Both the position numbers and the translations under genes were made by a program. From Hymenobacteraceae bacterium (GTDB taxonomy: Bacteria > Bacteroidota > Bacteroidia > Cytophagales > Hymenobacteraceae), in assembly GCA_031426455.1 (NCBI GenBank), contig JANPLI010000211.1:3153-67152 (forward strand): a DNA stretch of 64,000 nucleotides. Reading direction: 5' to 3'. The notes under the pieces are model-generated. The model was not told where the DNA came from. It saw nothing but the letters and a program-made list of their open reading frames with translations, and made no database searches. This document shows, one piece after another, positions 59,315-64,000 of this stretch (positions within the stretch are counted from its first letter, which is position 1; each line of letters starts with the position of its first letter).

Positions 59315-61246
59315 TTAGGCGGTCTTGAAGGTGACATTCAGCCCGCGCGCTTCCAGCACGGCGTTGGTTTTGAGGGCGTCGGCGTCGGGGCCTTGAAAGG
59401 CGGCGTCGAGGCAGACCACGAGTTGCGGCGGGCCGGTGGGCGGGGCCAGCAGGGCGCGCAGGGCGGCGCGGGTGAGGGGGGCGGCCACGCACAGCACCAC
59501 CCGGCCCTCGGCAAGGGTGTAGGCGGGCAGGCCGGCCGCATCGAAGGACGTCAGGGCGCTGCCCAGCGGCAGGCCGGCTTTCAGGACTAGCTCCCAGAGG
59601 CGGTCGTCGTCGGTGCGGCCGGGCGCGCGGTTATCGGCGAAAAGGGCGAGCTGCGCGGCGGGGTCGGGGGCGGTGGGGTCCCAGACGTGGAAGTTCGACG
59701 CCGCCAGACTGAACGCCCGGAAGCCGCGCCGCGCGGCGCGCGCCGGGTCAAACGTGAACGTACCGGCTTCGGCCTTATCCAGCCGGGCCACCACCCGCCG
59801 CACCCGTTCCCGCGTGATGTGCGCGATGGTGGGGTAGTCGGCTTTACCCGTCGGCTCTGGGAGCTGCACGAGGATGAAGCGGCGGTTGCCGTTGTCTTCT
59901 TCGTTCAGAGTCAGAACGGCCTCGGCTGTGGTGCCTGACCCACCGAAGAAGTCGAGGATGAGCGCTTCCTTATCGCCAGCAAGTTTAGCTAATGTTTTGA
60001 TTAGCTCCACAGGCTTAGGAGCCTGAAAAAGGCTTTTACCCATTAATGAGTCGAAAGCAGCTTGACCTTTCTCCGTGAAGAAGTTTTTTTCGTCAAGAAC
60101 ACTTTTAAGCTTTTTGGTAACATTTTCACCGGAATCTAATGTAGCATAAGCCTTGCGAAAAATCTTCCAATTACCCTCAATGTTTCTAGCGACCAACAAG
60201 TGCAGCTCTGCTTTTGCTTTGGTTGTACCCCAGGTCCAACAGCCTTCAAAGCCGTCGTTCCAAACGGGTTCAACTTTTACCCATCCATTCGTTTCGATTA
60301 ATGCAATTGATCCATCTGATGGATTGACCCAGAAAGGGTAGCATAGATTGGGACGATTGTGTTTCCCAAATTGGCGGTGAGTATTCCTTAGCTCTAACAG
60401 CCGAAATGCTCCGCGTGTATCTGATTCTGTGTACTGCTTACTAACCTCCTCATTAGATTTTGTAAGGCCAAGTTCCTGATCGGGAACCGCCCTGCTGTAT
60501 ACAAGCAGGTAGTCGTGGCATTTTGCGAAGTGTTCGCCGAGAACCCGGCCTTTGGGGTTAGTAATTACTGCAAGTTGTCCTAGCATATTCTCCTCCCCAA
60601 ACACCTCATCCATCAGCAGCCTTAGGTTATGGACTTCGTGGTCGTCGATGGAAACGAAGATCACCCCATCCTCACGCAGCAGGTTGCGGGCCAGCAGCAG
60701 GCGCGGGTACATCAGCGAGAGCCACGCTGAGTGGTAGCGCCCGCTGGTGTCGCGGTTGGTAGAAGCGGCCGTACCGGCTTCGGTGAGTTGGCCGGAGTAG
60801 CGCAGGTAGTCGGCGAGGCCCTCGCGGAAGTTGTCGGGGTAGATGAACTCGTTGCCCGTGTTGTAGGGCGGGTCGATGTAAATGAGCTTCACCTGCCCGT
60901 GGTAGGGCTTCTGGAGCAGCTTCAGCACCTCTAAGTTATCGCCTTCGATGATCGCGTTTTCGGTGGTGTCCCAGCGGACGCTATCGGCCGGCTGGGGGCG
61001 CAGCGTGGCGGTGCTAGGGGCTTTGATCTGCTGAAACGCCTCGCGCTTGCCCGCCCACGACAGGCCGTAGCGCTCGCCGTCGGTGTCGAGGGCGCCGCCC
61101 AAGGCCTCCCGCAGCCGGGCAAAGTCGATTTTTCCCTCCCGGAAAACCTGCGGGGCGGCTTCCTGCAAGTGTTGCAGCAGGTCTTGGGTGAGGTCGGGGC
61201 TGGTTAGGAGCAGCTTGTCGGGCTGCGGCGCAACGGGAGCGGGCAT
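59315..61246 (-). CDS. mod: Type III R-M DNA methyltransferase Mod subunit (beta-class N6A/N4C MTase)
   Basis: Motif IV IYIDPPYNTGNEF, a central variable region, then motif I LDFFGGSGTT. ATG at 61246 (GTG at 61273 is possible). Confidence 0.9.
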   Translation of the reverse strand: MPAPVAPQPDKLLLTSPDLTQDLLQHLQEAAPQVFREGKIDFARLREALGGALDTDGERYGLSWAGKREAFQQIKAPSTATLRPQPADSVRWDTTENAIIEGDNLEVLKLLQKPYHGQVKLIYIDPPYNTGNEFIYPDNFREGLADYLRYSGQLTEAGTAASTNRDTSGRYHSAWLSLMYPRLLLARNLLREDGVIFVSIDDHEVHNLRLLMDEVFGEENMLGQLAVITNPKGRVLGEHFAKCHDYLLVYSRAVPDQELGLTKSNEEVSKQYTESDTRGAFRLLELRNTHRQFGKHNRPNLCYPFWVNPSDGSIALIETNGWVKVEPVWNDGFEGCWTWGTTKAKAELHLLVARNIEGNWKIFRKAYATLDSGENVTKKLKSVLDEKNFFTEKGQAAFDSLMGKSLFQAPKPVELIKTLAKLAGDKEALILDFFGGSGTTAEAVLTLNEEDNGNRRFILVQLPEPTGKADYPTIAHITRERVRRVVARLDKAEAGTFTFDPARAARRGFRAFSLAASNFHVWDPTAPDPAAQLALFADNRAPGRTDDDRLWELVLKAGLPLGSALTSFDAAGLPAYTLAEGRVVLCVAAPLTRAALRALLAPPTGPPQLVVCLDAAFQGPDADALKTNAVLEARGLNVTFKTA

Positions 61247-61384
61247 CGGCGAAGAAAAAGAAGCAAGTGCCACGGGCGCGCCGGCCCAGCCAGCACCCCA
61301 CGGCCAAGCGAAGGTAATGGCAACCGTAGGTGCCGCCCGTCGCTGGTGGGCGCGCGGCTACGTTGTTCCCGCTTCCCCCAAAAC

Positions 61385-61419
61385 CAAAAAACCGGGCACA
61401 ACTCTGTTCCCGGTTTTTT
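61385..61419. terminator. Bidirectional terminator-like hairpin flanked by A- and T-runs, upstream of the R-M operon
   Basis: aaaaaaccgggcaca actc tgttcccggtttttt. Confidence 0.6.
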
Positions 61420-61738
61420 CAATCTCCTAAAACCGGGAACAACCGCCGCCGGACGCGCCGGACCAGCAGCGCGGGCAAAGTCAGATGGGGATAGACGCGT
61501 CACGGGACGGAGTGCCAGATTACCTGAGTTACACGGCCTAATCAGGCGTTCGGCTCGGCCTTGACCGCTCGCCGCCGCTGGAAAACCAGACAACAGACGG
61601 GCGTTTTACTTATGTGGGTATTCCTGATTCAGGCGGCAGCCTGGGGGGCAGGTTGCAGTTCGTGGACGTAATCCGGTTGTTGGCCCCTCAATCAAAGCTG
61701 TTGGTCGATCGGCACTTGGGGCTGGGATTTTAACGAAC

Positions 61739-61746
61739 TAGTTTTG
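61739..61746 (+). promoter_or_regulatory. Candidate -7 promoter box (TAGTTTTG = TAnnTTTG)
   Basis: Lies in an AT-rich stretch 83 nt upstream of the ATG at 61829. Confidence 0.3.
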
Positions 61747-61828
61747 TATTATCGGCAGGACTGCTCTGCTTATCAAGCACTAATACTGCTCATTGTCACT
61801 TTTCGGCTTTTAAAAGCCGTTGGTCTTT

Positions 61829-64000
61829 ATGAAAAAATCCTACCTGCTACTGCGACTTACGCTGCTGATGGGTCTGTTGGGCGGTGGCCTGACGAGGCCG
61901 CTGGCCTGGGCGCAAGTCACCCCCGACATTAGCACGACGCTCTCGGCGACGCCGGCTTCCCTCAACGCCACCGCGTCGGTGACGCTGACCGTGGGCGTGA
62001 CCAACACGGGCAGCGGTGCCGTTACAGCTACTAACGTGACCCGCACCGTGACGGGCTTACCCACGGGCCTGAGCGGGGTGACTTTCGGTGGCGCCGGAGC
62101 TGCTAACGCCACCTACAACTCCGGCGCGGGTTCCGTGACGTTCACCGGTGGGCCGTACAGCCTGGCCGCCAGCGGCGCGAGCCTCAATTATACGATTACG
62201 TTCACGGTGCCGTGCGGCACGGCGTCGTTCACGGCCACCTCGACGGTAGGCTGCACCAGCGACACCGATACCGGCAACAACACCGCTACGGCTGGGGTGA
62301 CGGTAAACAACACGACTGCACCCGCCACGCCGGGGGCGATCAGCAATACCGGCAACCCCGGAGCCCTGACCCTCTGCCGTAATGGTGCTGGTAACACGCA
62401 GAACTACGCCATCAGCGCCGTAACTGGTGCCACTAGCTATACGTGGACGATTCCTACGGCCGTAGGTAGTATTTCGGGCGGAGCGGTAGTTGGTGCCAAC
62501 AGCGTGCTGACGACCGCTTCCACCACTATCACGGTGACGCCTAACAATGCTAACTCTAACAATGCGGGCAACCTGACTGTGACGGCTAGCAACGCGTGCG
62601 GCACGAGCAGCGCTCAAACGCTGGCGCTGATTAAAGCGGCGGGGGCGCCCGGCACGCCGACTGCCATCACGAACACGGGCGGTTTGTGCGCCGGGACGCA
62701 GGTCACGTTCACCGCTACCCCGAACGGCGCTAATCCGATTGACACTTATAACTGGACGGTGCCTGCCGGCTGGACCTTGGTGTCCGGCCAGGGCACGGTC
62801 AGCATCCAGGTTACTGTAGGGACTGCCACTGGTAACTTAACGGTCATTGCCACTAACCGGTGTGGCACCAGTGGTACGCGCACGACCAGCTTTACGCCGC
62901 TCGGCATCCAGCCAACGGTTACGGGCAATCAGACGCCCTGCACCGGCTCCGTCGTGACGTACACGGCCACGGCTGGCCTAGGAACTTATGCCTGGACGCT
63001 GCCAACAGGTTATAGCGGATCCTCCGTCACGAACACGATCAACGTGACGGTGGGCGCCAGCGCCGGCAATGGTACCATCAGCGCGACGGCCACTTCCGGC
63101 GGCTGTACTTCCACGCCCGGGACGCTGGCGATCACGCCAACCCAGACGCCCACGCAGCCAGCGGTTATCAGCGGCAGCACAACGCCTTGCCAGAACTCGA
63201 CGGGTAATATTTATTCGGTCGCTTCAGTGCCGGCAGGCGAAACTTATACCTGGTCGTACAGCGTCGCGGGCGCCACCTTCCCTGGCGGCAACACTGGCGC
63301 GAGCGTGAGCGTCTCGTTCGCGGCTGGCGCAGGCAATGGTAACCTGATCATCACGCCCACGGCTGGCACTGCGCCGATTTGCAGCGGCCCAATCCGCACG
63401 TTGGCGCTGACGCCGCTCGGCGCGCCGCCGACACCCAGCGCGATTTCCGGAGCTGCCGCACCGTGCGTCAGTTCGTCGCGGACGTATTCGGTAACGAACG
63501 TTGCCGGGCTGACTTATACCTGGGTGGTGCCAGCGGCGGTCGGCACGATTTCGTCTGGCCAGGGCACGAATAGCATTACCGTGGCCACGGCCGGCACCAC
63601 CGGCACGGGTAATATCACGGTGACGGCTACTTATACGGGCTGCACGACTGCTAGTGCGGCCAGCACCCGGAGTGTGACCTCCGTCGCGTCTTTGCCCGCT
63701 TCTGCCGCCATCGCCGGTCCGGCCGCCCCGTGCGCGGGCGCGACGGGCATCGTTTACACGGCTACGGCAGTAACGGGCGCCGTTTCGTATCAATGGAGCG
63801 TGACCGGCACCGGCTGGAGCATCACGGCCAACGCCACCACCGCGGCGCCCACCTTTACGGTAGGCTCCGGTCCCGGTACTCTGACCGTGGCGGCCGTGAA
63901 CGACTGCGGTCCCGGCGCTACCCAGACCCGGATCATCACGCCTACCAGCGCTATTCCAGCCCAGCCGGGTGCCATTTCGGGGTCTGGTTCGATTTACATC
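61829..64000 (+). CDS. Large secreted repeat protein (5' part; continues beyond the window): DUF11-like N-terminal module then at least 8 tandem ~85-aa PKD-like Cys-pair modules
   Basis: Not in the ORF track because it has no stop in the window. My translation from ATG 61829 starts MKKSYLLLRLTLLMGLLGGGLTRPLAWAQ (signal peptide). Repeated modules follow of the form P..I.G....C.G.....Y......GA..Y.W..P.G......G.G...I.V.....GN..V.A.N.CG.S. No stop through 64000. Confidence 0.75.
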   Translation, partial: MKKSYLLLRLTLLMGLLGGGLTRPLAWAQVTPDISTTLSATPASLNATASVTLTVGVTNTGSGAVTATNVTRTVTGLPTGLSGVTFGGAGAANATYNSGAGSVTFTGGPYSLAASGASLNYTITFTVPCGTASFTATSTVGCTSDTDTGNNTATAGVTVNNTTAPATPGAISNTGNPGALTLCRNGAGNTQNYAISAVTGATSYTWTIPTAVGSISGGAVVGANSVLTTASTTITVTPNNANSNNAGNLTVTASNACGTSSAQTLALIKAAGAPGTPTAITNTGGLCAGTQVTFTATPNGANPIDTYNWTVPAGWTLVSGQGTVSIQVTVGTATGNLTVIATNRCGTSGTRTTSFTPLGIQPTVTGNQTPCTGSVVTYTATAGLGTYAWTLPTGYSGSSVTNTINVTVGASAGNGTISATATSGGCTSTPGTLAITPTQTPTQPAVISGSTTPCQNSTGNIYSVASVPAGETYTWSYSVAGATFPGGNTGASVSVSFAAGAGNGNLIITPTAGTAPICSGPIRTLALTPLGAPPTPSAISGAAAPCVSSSRTYSVTNVAGLTYTWVVPAAVGTISSGQGTNSITVATAGTTGTGNITVTATYTGCTTASAASTRSVTSVASLPASAAIAGPAAPCAGATGIVYTATAVTGAVSYQWSVTGTGWSITANATTAAPTFTVGSGPGTLTVAAVNDCGPGATQTRIITPTSAIPAQPGAISGSGSIYI

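Noticed and set aside
59315-61273. Phase-variable simple-sequence repeat in mod (phasevarion)
   Set aside because: I read the 5' third of the gene and its upstream region and found no homopolymer or short tandem repeat tract of the kind that drives mod phase variation.

Overview
High-GC (roughly 60-65% by eye) chromosomal segment. It looks like Bacteroidota, Hymenobacter/Cytophagales-like. That placement is inference only, from T9SS C-terminal sorting domains, TAnnTTTG promoter boxes and gene content.

Most of the window is housekeeping:
- mrdA-mreD-mreC-mreB, ppa, a PafA-like alkaline phosphatase, eno, carA and a DUF2723 membrane glycosyltransferase.
- A pentose-phosphate cluster (zwf, gnd, tal, tkt), a PfkB kinase and a short-chain threonine dehydrogenase.
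- metY-metX-hom behind a SAM-I riboswitch, then ndh, dapA and ligA.
- Three giant secreted repeat proteins; the two complete ones end in T9SS sorting domains.

Accessory content:
1. A Type III restriction-modification operon (54.9-61.2 kb) has an ABC-type ATPase and a DUF4276 (TOPRIM-like) gene translationally coupled between mod and res. The target-recognition block of mod has a clearly foreign low-GC composition. This is the best candidate for an under-described composite defence unit.
2. An antitoxin/ParE cassette is flanked by 71-bp direct repeats that duplicate the 3' end of the neighbouring gene.
3. That cassette is split by a ~277-bp MITE-like element with 17-18 bp terminal inverted repeats and a perfect 9-bp target-site duplication. 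A second copy lies inside an Rpn-like pseudogene.
4. A frameshifted Doc toxin and its antitoxin sit between tal and tkt.

Other points: many intergenic gaps hold long imperfect hairpins whose arms are short tandem repeats. A 14-copy 21-bp tandem array lies downstream of one adhesin gene. No tRNA, rRNA or CRISPR array was recognised. Many long ORFs in the track are antisense shadows typical of high-GC DNA and were rejected.
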